From assembly GCF_009914755.1 (NCBI RefSeq), contig NC_060931.1: DNA of 64,000 bases; one strand, written 5' to 3'. Within the stretch, counting starts at the first letter, position 1; each line of letters opens with the position of its first letter. This DNA comes from the human T2T-CHM13v2.0 reference genome, Homo sapiens. Below are positions 23,721 to 43,344 of the stretch, in pieces. Position numbers and translations under genes: made by a program. The notes beneath the pieces are model-generated. The model saw nothing but the letters and a program-made list of their open reading frames with translations, did not search any database and was not told the origin of the DNA.

Positions 23721-26700
23721 AGGGGCTCCAGCAGTTTCCAGGCTCCCCTCGGCGGGGCTGAATGATCAAAACTGGTGGTGAGAATTTTTCCGGGCCGTTT
23801 CTAGGCAGCCCTCCCCCTCCACCAGCTCGGACCCCCCCCTCCCTCCTTTCTCCTTCTCCTCCCTTTTCCTTCTCCCCTCCCCCAGCGTCTGGGCTGAGTG
23901 ATCAAAATAGAGGAAGATGGTTGTCGCCGCAATCCAGGGCTTTGCAAGGCGCGGTTTAATGGGCCGCCTGTCAGCTTCCTGCTCGCAGGAGGAGGTGACA
24001 AGCCAAGCGAGCCGGAGAGGGCCTGGGGCCCGGCTGGCTGCACCCCGCACTCCGGGCCCCGGCCCCCGGCCTCCCCTGGGGTGCGCTTCTAGTACGCGCG
24101 GTGGAGACGCCGAAACAGACAAGGGCTGCTTTTTCCCTTGTTTTTTTTTTCTTCCTTTTAAAACAAAGCAGCGATTCATTCCCTCTCCCCCAGCAGCGCG
24201 GTCGGGTGGGATGGGCAGGCGAGAAGGCCGTTTTCCTAGCACTGACCTACGGGTCCCTCCCTGAAACGCGGTGTCAGATGGTTACTGATTAATATTTTGG
24301 AGAGGCCGCGGCGGCAGGCAGCGGGTGAGTCTCTAATCTTCTAAAAGGGGTTCCTATAGAAACGCGGAGCGGGGCGCGCCCCCCGCTCGGCCCAGGCCCG
24401 GGCTGCGGCGCTTCGCACAGCGCGCCCCTCCCCAAAGCCCCTCTTTGCGTGGGCGCTCCCCTCTCCTTCCCCCCCCGCCAACAAAAAATCAGAGCAGAAA
24501 AAAGGATTAGATCGGCTGAGCGCGAACTGAATCCCTCTCGATTCTGACATTTCAGCCTATTAGCATTTCTCCACGGAGCCTTCTGAAACCTATTAAAGTG
24601 TAATATTAAAAACCTCTTGGCTGGGGGCCTCTCTCGCCTTCCATCCGCCGCGCCCCCTCCAGGGAGGGCGAGACCGGGAAAAAAATAAAATCTGTTGAGC
24701 TCAGAGGAAGTAGCCGCCAAGCCCAAAAAGTGCTTGGCTGGCCACGGCGGCCGTAGGGGGAAGGGAGCCCCAATCCCCCAGACTTTGTACTTTTATTTTG
24801 CGCTTTCAGCAAAATCCTTTCTGGGTTGAGTAGCCGTGAGCTGCCCGCGGCCGACCTACCTGACCGGGGGCGCAGGGAGTGCGGACCACGCCAGCAGGAC
24901 TGTCCTGGGGGCCCCCGCACCCTCTCTCTGCAGCCCCCCGAGCCCGGCTAGGCATTACGTACCCTGGAAAGGAAGCTTGGAGGGGCAGAAATCCTTCCAA
25001 TGCTGCCTCGAAGAGCAACTGCAGTGATAAGATTTTAATTAAAACAAGAGAAGCCCGCTCTTTCGCCCCGCGCTGCGGACTCAGCGTTTTCGCATTGCCC
25101 GTTCTGTTTTTTTTAAATCAATTTTTAAGGCAACTTTTTGGGAGGGGGGAAAAATGAGCGAGTTAGTGCCCATTCGTTCTATTTTCTTTTCTCCACTTTT
25201 AGAAAAAAGTGGGGGGAGGCTTCGAGAACGAACGGGGGGGTGTCTAATTTAATTCCAGGATAAATTTGAGGAAAAAAGTTCAGCCTCTTGAGGGCAGTTT
25301 CAAGTTGCCCTTCCTGGAGCTTCCTGCGTTAGTTTCTAGGCTGCCCTCTTTTGGAAGCTGTAGCTCCGCTGGGGAGGAGGGAGGAGTGAGAAGGAAAGAA
25401 AGGAACAAAAATAGCCGGAGCCGAGGGGAACAAGCCACGGTGTCCGCGTTTGGAGCTGGGCGTGCGGGTCTCAGTGGCGGCCTCGGCATTCGGGGCGGCG
25501 GGAGGCGCCCGGTGCATCCCCGGGACGGCCAGGAGCAAAGACGGAGAGGAGAGGGGGGTTAGAGAAAGGAGGTATTGTGTCTGTGTGCCTTAGGGGAGGA
25601 GGGGACTGCAGGAATCGAATAAACGCAGTCGAGCTGCGCGGGGCTGCTGGAAGCCCAGGCGGGGGAAGGGGGCCGTGTGTGGGGGCGCAGAGCGCCCTTG
25701 AGCCTTACGCAGAGGTCTTGTGTGTTCCTAGTTAAGCCCTCCCACGCCCGAGGCCCCATCGCTTCCTCTCCACCCTCTTTACCCACCAATATTCCAAGCC
25801 CAGATCCTAATTCCCCACCGCATTACCCCGCCCTGGATTTGGGGAATGTTTTTCTTTATTTTAATATAGCTCAAGGAAAAAATACGTATATCTTGAGAGA
25901 TTTGGGGTGGGGAAAACAAAAGCCTTGCGGAGTAGAAAAAACAAAGGCTTATTTTTATAAATGTTTAATGTTTTCACCCCCTGGATGCTCCGAGACGCCG
26001 TAATTGTGACGGCGGGGTACGTGTGCCATAAATCATTTAGTTGCTAATAAAAATTCTGCCTGTTTGCCCTGGATTTGCCAATGGCGTTTGCATTTTTCAA
26101 GTGTGCGCCTCGGCGGTGTGACGAACCCAGCCGGTATTTCATTAGGGCCGCGGTTCGGGGCAGAGGAGGTCCCCTCCCCGCCTGGGCTTTGTGCGCCCAG
26201 CCCCCTTGCACCGGCCCTTCCATACCTGCCCCCGGCACCCACTCCATATTTGCGCGGCCCTGCAGCCACCGGAGTCCGGCCGGGGAGCAGGGCCTGGGGA
26301 CGCGGTGGTGGTGGTGGCTCCCAGTTCCTGGCCACCAGGCGGGGCGGCCAGGACGCATCCTGCCCACGCGGTTTTCCAGGGCTGCCGCGTGCTTGGGGGC
26401 GCGGGCGGGCCACGCGGAGAGGCCACCTGCCCGGGCCAATCTGTACGCTCCGTGATCTTCGCCCGCTCCCCGGCCCCGCGCCCTGGTGTCCCTGCAGTCG
26501 CTGAGTAAACAGCGACTGGGAGCCATCTTGGGGCGGAGGACCGATCCCAAGCGAAGTAGTAGTGGCTGCAGCCCGGGTGCCCCCATTCGTAAAGGGGAGC
26601 CTCTAGGACATCCCTAACTAGGCTTCAGGGTCCAGGGAAACGCCCTCCCCAGTATGGCGGGCCACATTGAAATGTAAAAACCAGGCCTGGGCGCTGTGGC

Positions 26701-26847
26701 CATAGGGCACAGGCCATAGGCCACCAGGTCCAGCCGCCATCTTCCGCGCCCCACCCCCATTCCATCCCCTCCCCCTCCCCACCCCCTCATACTTTTGTTT
26801 ACCCAGCGGGATAGGTGGCCAAAAACTGTGGACGCAATTGAGTGAAA

Positions 26848-26905
26848 GTGCGTGTGTGTGTGTGTGCGCGCGCGCGCGCGCGCGCGTGTCTGTGTGTGTG
26901 TGTGT
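26848..26905. repeat. (GT)n(CG)10(GT)n alternating purine-pyrimidine tract
   Basis: Direct reading; CG run 26867-26886. Confidence 0.95.
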
Positions 26906-29900
26906 TTGACTGGGTAGAAAATCGGCTGGGGGCTGGGGGGGTCTTCCTTGTAGCCCTAAGCCGCAGCTGCGGGAGAAGCTGCCCTGGCTAGCCGAGGCCC
27001 GGCCCAGCGTGCTTCTCCGCGGCCAGCCTGGGCCACCGGAGCCGAGGCCTTCCCTGTGTTCCTAGGCCGCTGGCTCCGGCCTCCGCTCCCTGGACGCCTC
27101 CCGACTGACAAAATTCTCCGTCTTTGTTTTAAAACCAAAGGACAGGCCAACCTTGAGCCCGGCCGTCACCCCTGTCGCGCTTTTGTTGGCGCAGGCTCGG
27201 CCCCCTACACCGGGCTGGTGCAGCTCCCGCGATCAGACGGTCTCTCTCAATTCGGCGTTGAACCCGGTTCTTCCCAAATTCTGGTATTGCTGGCCGCTTG
27301 GACACGTTCTCCCCTTATCCCTCCCCCAGCGGGGAAAGAAAAAGCCAGGATCCTTTCCTTGGCGCGGCCACCCGAGCCACTCCACCCGTCGCGCCAACCG
27401 CCTTTCCAGGTGGGGACCAAAGCCCCCACTCTCCGCTGGCATCTCATTGAAGGGCACCCCCCCGAGGGATTGCCAGCTTCTGCTGCCAGCTGAGAGGCCG
27501 TGTGGCTGGGCGTCTTAAGCGCCGGTTTCCGCAGGTCCCGTGTCTGGCGGGCGCGGCTAAAACCCGGAGAGGCTGTGCCCGGGAAAGCCACGTTCGCCGT
27601 CCCCTCGCTGCGACAGGCCCAGCCGCGATACAGCGCCAAGTCTAGGTCGGGCCAACCCAGCCAGGAGCTGCCCGGACCTGCCTGAAAGACCAGGGACGCG
27701 GCGCCAGCGCCCCACACCCCACCGAGACCAGGGCGCAAGGCGGGCAGAATTCGGACTGATGCGCCAGGCCCAGCCCCGATGGATTCCAGCTCCTCTCGGC
27801 CCCGCCTCCGGCCCTGGCCTCTTCCTCCAGCCGGGGTCGGGTCCTCCACTCCACTGTTTGGCTGGGAAAGGACCGAGACGCGCTCAGTGCACAGGGGGCC
27901 GGCTGCGGCCATAAATCTCCGGGCGGGCCCTCCTTCCCGCTGCTCACGCCGGGGTGCTCCGGGCCGGTCTCGTGTCCCGGGCCACGCCGCGCACCCTGCT
28001 CACCCCATCACGGCCTGGGGACCCGGAGACTGCGCAGGGAACCACGCCAGGAGCTTCTCCGTTCACCAAAGAGAGGGAACGGCCTCGTTCCTCGGTGTCA
28101 ACACCATCCATCTCTGAGGGCGCTGGACCCTGAGGTGGCCCGAGCTTCACAGGATCACCGCCTTGGGGTAGGGGCGCCCGGGCCTGGCATTTCCTCCTAG
28201 GAAGGCTCGGTGAGACTGGGATGGGCATGCGGCTCTCCGCTCGAGCCCAACTCCGGTGCCACCTGCACCACGGAGGGGTGACCCCAGGGTCAGGGTCAGA
28301 GCGGCTTCTCAGAATTCAGCTTGCCACCTCTCCGCGGACCCTGCCTTCATCTCGTGCCTCCTCAGAGCCCTCTGCGGGCGCATGAAGGGCCTTTTTTTTT
28401 TTTTTTTTTTTTTTTTTTGGCACAGGTGGACCAACGGGGGGTGTGACTGTGGGCACCGTGCGCGGAGGCGGAGGCTCATCTGGTTCCCACCCTCCGTGCC
28501 GCTGGATGCCCCAGGATTTTCTCCAACCGGGGTCCCGGCTTGGAGCCCTCCTTGGTGCGAGCTTTGGCTCAGCAATGGGGAAAGCGGGAATGGGTCTCGC
28601 CCTTGTGGCTGCCTGGTGGAAGCGGCGGTTTTGACACACGAATAGTCGTGGGGAGCAGATCCAGAGAGGGCGCATTTGCAATAATAACGCTTAGTTTATC
28701 TCTGCCAGAGGGGCGGGAACAGGCCTTCGCGCTGGTGTCTTACATCAGCCAAGCAAACCATGGGCGCGATTGGAGCCAACCACCTCCAGCGGGGTTTTGC
28801 TCCAGACTTAAGGTGCACGGAAACCGGAGCATTCAGCCCTTCATGGATGCCTCCCGAAAACCTCACCATGCCAGTGACACGACTGCAAACGGCGGGTGGC
28901 ACATGCCGGGGGCTTGGGATGGGAGGGTTTGGAAACCTCGCTCCAAGGACGCCCTCAGCCAAGGAGCTTCGGCTCCTTCCTAGAATTTCTAGAAGCACTT
29001 TTGGAGGGACCGAGGGCTTCCGGCCGGGCCCAGAGGAATTTGAGCGCTTGCCCGGGCAGGCAGAAGCGCAGCCTGGGAGTGGAGAGGCTGCTGGGCCACA
29101 TTCCGGCCCAGCTTCCCCCGCTAGGCCCCAGCCCTGCCGCGGCGCCCCAGGAAGCACCTCCGAAAACAAAGCGCTGTGGTTTCAGCCCAAGGTTAAAGTC
29201 CACCGCGAGCGTGTTTTTTCCCCCCTCCAGAATCTAAGAGCGATAGCGTTTCTCCAAATAAACCGCCAATAAATCAGCTCCCGGGGGCGCCTGCTGAAGA
29301 GCTCTGGTGACCTTGGGGGATGGTTTTTCTGCCTGACCCGTCTGAGCACAGGCTTTGGGGAGGAGGGGGCAGTGTCAGCCCTACCCCTCCAGAGAGACGC
29401 GGAAGAGGGAATGGCCAAGGGCATTCGTGGGTGATTACAGCAGTACGTGTGTACCCAGAGGAGATGGGAGAGGCTTGGAATGGGGGAAAGGGGCGACTGT
29501 GGTTATCCGGGGGCCTGTAGTGCGCGGTCAGGAGGCGTTTGTGATTGCGAGGAGGGCTGCTTGCTGTCGGTTCAACGATTGCTGGAGCGCCGGCGGTGTC
29601 GGCACAGGTCTAGGCATGGGGAAAGCACCACTGGGGACAGACACGGCCGCTTTGGGGCCCCGAGTCTTTGTCTGCCTGGGACTGGATGTGTTTGTGTCGG
29701 TGTGACTAATGGGATTTATGGATGTCAGTGCCAGGGTGACTGATGAAGGGCTTGGCAGCACGTGTGTTTGGGGAGAGGCGCTGCACCTAGGTGGGGAGTG
29801 GGTGCCCCGGGAGAGGACTGTCCCTTCTCTTAGAGGTTCCTTCCCCCACCCCCTCCCTGCCGGCTCCCAGCTTTGTTTAGGCCTCTGAACCCCTCCGGGG

Positions 29901-30099
29901 CAGGCCTGTGCACGCCGAGTTCTGCAGCAAATTCCACGGCCAGCCTGTCCCTCAGAGGCACCTCAGCACGCCCCACCTCTCCCAGCCCCACCTCCCCAGC
30001 ACACGCCACGCGTCCCAAATCCAGGCTGTCCCACCCCCTTCCCAGGCAGAGCCTTCCCAGTTTGCTCTTTTCCCATCTGAACTCCTTATGGTGTGCTCT

Positions 30100-30235
30100 G
30101 AGCCCTGCTTCAGGCAGGCTTTGACGACCGTATGGTTTGGGTACCGGCATACCCATTTAACAGATGAAAAAGTTGAGGTGCAGAAAGGAGATGTGACAAG
30201 CCCACGCAGCCAGGAAGTAGCAGGCACCCTGAACT
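30100..30235. mobile_element. MIR fragment
   Basis: CCCATTTAACAGATGAAAAAGTTGAGG core; similar cores near 2700, 12360, 35810, 50110, 54195, 61850. Confidence 0.6.
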
Positions 30236-30661
30236 AAACCAGGCAGCTTGCTGGGGACCCCACTGTGGAGGCCCTTTGCCTCTGGGAGCCCCCAGCCTGG
30301 CTGAGACTCGCTTAGAGAAGGTAGAGGCAAAGGCCACTCCCATGACACAGGACACAACCTGCCACCCTTGTACTGTGCGTTATAACCATCAGTCCTCCCT
30401 GCCACTCGGTAAGGGCTGTCTCCTTCCCTGACCTGGCATGAGGAAGGAGGGGGGCAGTGAAGGTCAGAGGACTAGTAGGAGAGCCTGGTTTGGCCTGGGG
30501 CAGGGTGGGGTGCTGAGGTCAAGGTAACCCAGGGGTCACTTTGGAGATCAGGAGAGCCGTGGCTGGAAAGCAGGAGCTCCTGTGTGATTCCACAGAACCT
30601 AGCGCAGACTCAGGTTCAGGACAAACCTGGAGAATCCATATCCCCTCTCCCTTGGGATCAT

Positions 30662-31140
<479 letters not shown>

Positions 31141-31194
31141 AGAGCTTCGTTTCCCAATCTAGAAGTCTGTCATACAAAAAGGCATCCCGGTTTT

Positions 31195-31243
31195 CTCTCT
31201 CTCTCTCTCTCTCACACACAGACACACACACACACACACACAC
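31195..31243. repeat. (CT)n(CA)n microsatellite
   Basis: Direct reading. Confidence 0.9.
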
Positions 31244-31532
31244 AGAGTCACCTCCCCCCACCTTTTTTTCCTTTTTATCCTTCTTTGGCATTTTCTTTCA
31301 AGCAGAAAATAAAAACATTTCCCATGGCTACAGCTTTGAAAGCTTCCCTCTCCTATCAGCCTCCATCCCACGCCCACCCCAATGTCAATCCATTTCTAGA
31401 GCCAGCGTCAAGTCAAAAACAAACCCAGAAAGATCAAGCCTGACAGGCCCCCTCCCGGCTGCCCTCCACTCTCTCTTCATGTATTGGTCTGCCTTCACCC
31501 CAGAGAGGAGCACGAGGTAGGAATCCTATCAT

Positions 31533-31676
31533 ACACACACACACACACACACACAGAGGCACACACACATACAGGCACACACACAGATGCACACACACAT
31601 ACAGGCACACACACATACAGGCACACACACACAGGCACACACACAGGCACTCACACACACACAGGCACTCACACAC
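31533..31676. repeat. CA-rich degenerate minisatellite (CACACACAGGCA-type units)
   Basis: Direct reading. Confidence 0.9.
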
Positions 31677-31685
31677 CAGCTTCTA

Positions 31686-32050
<365 letters not shown>

Positions 32051-32144
32051 TCACTTGGTTCCATCTGCTGGAGGGGTCCGGTTGTCCCCCACCTGCCCCT
32101 GCCCCTGCCTTCCTCACCTGGCCCCATTCCCGCAGATCCTCCTC

Positions 32145-32840
<696 letters not shown>

Positions 32841-33336
32841 ACCATCCCAAATCTAAGAGCCTACAAGGGTCAAGTGGGAACCATTGACCCTTGTAGCTCC
32901 TGGCAGTTCCAGCCAGCTATCTCCAGGGTGCCAGATCTGCTGTTGTTCCTGGGAAGCTGGCGTATCAGTCAGAATAGGCCAGGTTATGCTGCAGTGACAA
33001 ACATCCCCTACATCTCAATGGCTTGATGGAACACAGAAAAACGTATTCTCCTCTTCACATTGTCAACACAGCCTGGGCACTGCTCCCAGGCTGCTGACCT
33101 CCTTGTGGTGTCTGGCCAGCCTGAGCCAGTTAGAGTTCACGAGTTGTCCACCTCCATGTGAGGTCACCATGGGGCATGCACAGACTCCCATGTCCCTGGT
33201 GCTCACACCCCACACGATCACACTTAGCTGAGGGGTGCTGGAGAGGAGAGTCTTGCTGTGCCCGGGAAGCGGAGAAAAAACAGGTATTGGTGAGTTTAGA
33301 CAATGTTGGCCACACTTGCAAAGCCACATCTCCTGA

Positions 33337-34340
<1,004 letters not shown>

Positions 34341-34364
34341 TGCTTGTCACCTCTACAAGCCTGT

Positions 34365-35048
<684 letters not shown>

Positions 35049-36087
35049 GTCCCTCACTTTATTCTGTCACTCTCTCCCCCATGCCTGGCCCATCAGACCT
35101 CAGTGAATGTCCATTCAATGAATGAATGAAGTGATGTCATCTCGGTAGGGTTTTCAAGGATGAATAGGAGTTTGCTAGGCAGAGAAGGCACAGAGGGCAT
35201 TCCAGGCTTAAAGAACAGCCTAGGCCAAGGCCTGGAAGCCTCCCAGCGGGGCTCTCTGTCTCACAGGTCACATGCCAGACCTGGGGCAGGGAAGAGAGCT
35301 GTGGCCCCTCTCAGTCCGCAGAGGCCAGCCAACCTGCTCCCCATGAGCTGGAGCCCAGCCAACCTCCACAAGGACCAGGACCCCAGTGCCTCTGCTCACA
35401 GGAGCTGGCTCAGATGATTTTCGCTATGTCTTTTACCCCTCACGCCTGGGTGGCTTGAGCGTATTTATTTAACTTTCATTGTATTGGTGTTTTTGTTGAA
35501 AGCGCAGGAATTATTCATAGCCAGTTTCGGTTCTCTTCTGGCAATGACCGCATCTTCCTATGCAAGGTACAAATTACCTGTCAGGCCAGTTCACCATCAG
35601 TCAGGGGCTGTGACCCAGCCCCAAGCCACCGAGGCTCAGCTGCTCTGGAAGATGGGTCTGGCTGGAGGTGGTGGGGCCTGAATAGGTCTTTGTCCCCCAA
35701 GTTGCCAAGGATAGGGAACATGGATGGGAAACAAGGGGATTGGCCCAGGAACAAATCCTCCCTCTGCGATCCTGCTCAGTCTACCTGGCCACTCAGTACT
35801 CAGTCTTCTCATCTGTAAAATGGGCATTGGAGTGAGTGTCTGGCATGGCGGGCCATCCACATTGTCACCCACTGGTGTCACCCACTGCCTGGGTGAGCCT
35901 GGGCACATGGGTGCCCTCTGTCACCTCCAAGGAAAGGAGACAGAGATACTCATAGAGAAGAGAAACTGAAAACAGAAGGGACACAGAAGGGCTTAGAGGA
36001 CACGTCCTCAGCTAATCTGGCCCCCTGGGTTGTGGTGGCATGAGAACACAGCCCTAAAAAGTTCCTCCTATTGAAAGATGGGGTCAT

Positions 36088-37045
<958 letters not shown>

Positions 37046-37109
37046 CTCCAACAGGTGCAGAACCCGGTTTCACACATTTTCCAGACCTGCCCATGTGGGG
37101 ACCACAGCA

Positions 37110-37320
37110 ATGAGACACTGATCAATGTTTAACAAGTTCTCAGGTGGCTTCAGCCTGAGGTGGGGTGGGGGATAAGGAGAGAACCTGATGTGTAGCCTCT
37201 GCCAATGTCTGTGGTGTAAATTCTCCCAGCTTCAAGCTACCAACGTGATGTCACTGAACTCAGACTTGGGAAGAGATGTGTAGTCGCTCACTTATGTAGC
37301 ATTTCCACCACAGATAACTG
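37110..37320. mobile_element. MER63-like hAT DNA transposon fragment
   Basis: GTGGTGTAAA..CTCCCA..TTCAAGCTACCAACGTGATGTCACTGAAC..TTGGGAAGAGATG resembles recalled MER63 consensus. Confidence 0.6.
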
Positions 37321-37329
37321 TAGCATCCG

Positions 37330-37485
37330 GCGGTGCTGGCTTTCACTGCATGAGTAACCCCCCAGGAGAAAACCACCCAGCTGAGCCCATCCTGACTTTC
37401 TGACCTGCAAAATTGTGAGCAAAATAAGGGGATGGTTCTAGACTGCTACATTTTGTAGCAATTTGAAGCACAGCACTAGTCACTA
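37330..37485 (+). mobile_element. Old MLT1-type LTR fragment
   Basis: CCCAGCTGAGCCCA..CTGACC..CAAAATTGTGAGCAAAATAA motif. Confidence 0.55.
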
Positions 37486-38109
37486 GTGGGGCCACTGAGT
37501 CCAGTGTGGGATGATGCTTAAAAGGGTGGAGGGGCCGAACCAGGCCAGAGCACCTTTCACCTACGCCTGACTGGGAGAATCCATGCCAGTCTGACGTGCT
37601 CCAGCCCTGCTAACATCGTGAGAAAAAGCCAGTGACAAGGCTGACAGCCCTCTGGAAGGGTCTCTCATGGGCCTCAGTGGCCACTGCTCCTGGGACAGAA
37701 AGCCCCCACAGGGCTTTAGCAGGAGCCAGGGGGATTTGTGGGCAAGTTGCCCACCTCCGTGCCATGCTGACTCCTGCCACACTAAATACCCGCCCAGCCC
37801 CACACCGCCTCAGACACAGGGTGAAGAGGCCAGGACAGGGCTGGCCAGGGGCCCTGGTTTAAAATAGCAGCACCAGTCCTTTGTTTTGTCTGCAATGCAG
37901 CTCTGCCGGTCTAGCTCCTGCTTTGATGTTGGTATTTAAGCCTCTTCTGGGAACCTGAACCTTCCCCAAGCACATCAGAAACCCACACTCGGGCACATAC
38001 ATACATGCATGCACACACTTGCATGCTCACCTGCTCCCCTGAGAAGCCAGAGGAGGTAGCCTCAGGCTCCAGAGCTGTCCCCCACCTCTGCCCAGGTCCC
38101 CCTCCAGAT

Positions 38110-38990
<881 letters not shown>

Positions 38991-40109
38991 AAAAAAAAAC
39001 CCCCACACACACAAAAAACAACTCCATCTGGCAGAGTAAGAGGGTGAGAGGCCAGGAATGGGATGTGGCCACCTCTGACCCCCAGAGCCCCAGCCCTTAG
39101 TGTCTTGGGGGGACAAGGCATGTCTGGTACAAGGGGCAACAGCCAGCAGGGACTGGGGTGGGCACTGCTGGTTCCGCTCTCATCCCTCTGATAGTGCCCT
39201 GGGCCCTGTACCCACACCCCAGGTTGCAGAGAACCCCCCCTGCCCCGCCCCCGCCTGGCTGCCGGGAAGTCTAGCTGGGCCAGGCGGGTTCTGCCGGGAA
39301 CTGCCCTCCCTGAGCTGAGGCCCCCCTGCCCCTCTCCCCGCCATGGATCCAGCAGGTGTTTGCCTGTCTGACCCCTGTGCTGGGAGCATGGCTTCCCCTG
39401 CTTGGGAAGTCTTCACTGTCTCCAGCCCCTCAGCCCTTCCTGGGGCTCCTGGGGTCCACTTCCTCAGCTGTCTTCCTCCCCCCAGACTGAGACCCCTTTG
39501 GGGTAGGACCTGGGTGCTGGGTGAGCTGGGCTGGCGCAGAGCTGGGAACGGGCAGGCCTTCACTGACCCACTTATGACCCCACGGTCATCAGAGCCATCG
39601 GGGCCCTAGGGCTCAAGGGCAGGGCTGGGGCCCTGGAATTCCCACAGGTGCAGGGGATGATGGCTCGGGGGTGGGGAACAGAGGGGCCCAAGGAGTCAAC
39701 AGCACCTGAAGGGCCAGAGTGAGGACGTGACAGGCGTCCAGCAGCGCGCCCCACCCATGGCCCTGGACTTAGCCTCAAACCAGAAAGGAGTGTGGGCTGT
39801 GGGTGCATGGTCCTGAGAAGGTGGCACCGTCATGCTTGCTTCACGAGAAGCCCCGCTCACCCACCTGTGCGGGCACTGCCATCCCCACCCTGCATGGGTT
39901 CCACCCCTGACTGGCACACAGTGGGTGCTATGCCCAGTAGGTGCACCCCAACATGGTGGCAGAAGTGGCATTGGGCTTAAAGGCTAAGATCTGATCGGGA
40001 GAGAACCCCATTCACCTCTCAAAACCCTAGACACCACCCCAGTCACAGGAACAGATAGGGAGGTGTCGGAGGGAGGCTGGGCTGCCCTCTACGACAAAAG
40101 AACGTCCTG

Positions 40110-41307
<1,198 letters not shown>

Positions 41308-41944
41308 TAGCGGCCCCTCTTTCCCCCAGGGTTGCTACCAACGCTGGCCGACCCTCCACCAGGTCTCCCTACCCCAGCCCAGCCTCTCCTTCCTCTGCCA
41401 CCCCCCTCCCTGCCCCCACAGCCAAAGCTTGGGCAGCACTGGTCCCCGGCACATCCCACGTCCCGGCCTCCTGGAACTCCCTTCCTGCCATTGCCTCTTC
41501 CTGGAAAACCCTTCCCGTCGCCCACCCTGACTTCTCTTGTCATCCCGAAAGGCCCAGCATGAGGGACACCTCCCCAGAGAAGCCCTCCCTGGGTTGGGCA
41601 GGTAAGACCCTCTCCCGCGGGCTCTGGGTCCCCAGTCCCTGCTGCAGCCCTGGGCAGCTGTGCTCTGCTGTGTGATCTGTCAGGCAGCAGCTGTCATAGG
41701 CGACTGCCTGCAAGTGGCCTGGGGCCAACATCTGCCTAAGGGTTTCCCATCCCAGCTCAGCCCCCAGCTTGCAGTGTGACCCAGAGTGGACCCCCAGCTC
41801 CTCTGAACCCCATTTCCTCCCCACAGACAGAGCGCCTCCCAGCCTGCCAGGGAAATTTGGGAAGACAGGAAAACATGTTCAGCACAGGGTCTGGCTTGGA
41901 AAACAGCAGCCACCATGACTCGGCTGATGCTAAAGGCTTGCTTC

Positions 41945-42380
<436 letters not shown>

Positions 42381-43344
42381 TATTTTACCATCATTTTTTA
42401 AATGAAAAATAAAAGGGAGGGGGATCTTTGGGGATCTGCGTGGGTACTTTGCTCCGCTGCCACAGTGATGTCCCCACGGCCCCGCAGTCCAACTGCGTCC
42501 CATGCAAAGTATCACTGGCAACCATAGCCTCGTACCTGAGCTGCCTCTGTTCCAGGGACACGTTCCGGAGCTGACGCCCCTCCTCACCACCCGCCCTCGA
42601 GTCATGCTGCGCCACTGCCTCTGCCCCCCAGGATGCCCCGAGAGGGCACCTTCGACCTTCACTCCTGGGTGGGCCACATGGGTGTGGAGGCCAGACAGGC
42701 TTCACCCCTGCAGCGATCCGTCCACCTGGAGAGGGCACCTTGTGCGGTTTAATTTGGTTGCCATCATCCTGGAACCAGGCTGTCCCTGGAGACCTAAACC
42801 CTTCTGGGGATTTAAAAGAATCAAACTTGCCAAGGAAGACGTGAGCTTCTGGCCCCAGGCTCTGCCAGCTTCCCATTTTAATTGGGACCATTTTTAGCCC
42901 TCACCGGGAGGCTTCCGAAAACCCCCCAGGCATCTCCCTCGGGGCCCACAGGGGTGACGTGTGCCCACCCTATACCAGGAGCTCCCTACCCTCATCTCGG
43001 AGCCCCCAGCACCCACACCAGCTGCCCCTTCTATGGGTGGGGCTTTCAGCTCTAGAAGTAAAAGGGAGTTGCCCAAGGCAGACCTGAGCTCAGAGCCTGT
43101 GTCCTTGAGGGGCCCTTGGTGGGCAGCAGGTCCCCCTCCTCCCACCCAGAGCCCCCCCTTCCATCCGGAAGTGTTGCCTACCACCGAGGCTACAAAACCC
43201 ACATGCCAGTCCCTACTCAATGCCCCTAGGACCGACCGACCCGGCGTGCCCGGGAATGCCCCAGTTTTCTCACTGAACACCTTCCATCCAGGCACCCTCT
43301 CATCCCTGGGACGGTGGGTCACCCAGCCACCCACAGATAAGCAC

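Larger units (their letters stand above)
18500..29700. promoter_or_regulatory. Very large CpG island / CpG-rich domain
   Basis: High GC and abundant CpG over ~11 kb; no Alu between ~17.2 and ~30.6 kb. Confidence 0.85.

Noticed and set aside
27247-27912. 221-aa ATG ORF (MAAAGPLCTE...) on minus strand
   Set aside because: Weak Kozak (-3 T), G/A/R/P-biased, no domain; more likely incidental in a non-coding transcript. Ribo-seq or PhyloCSF could rescue it
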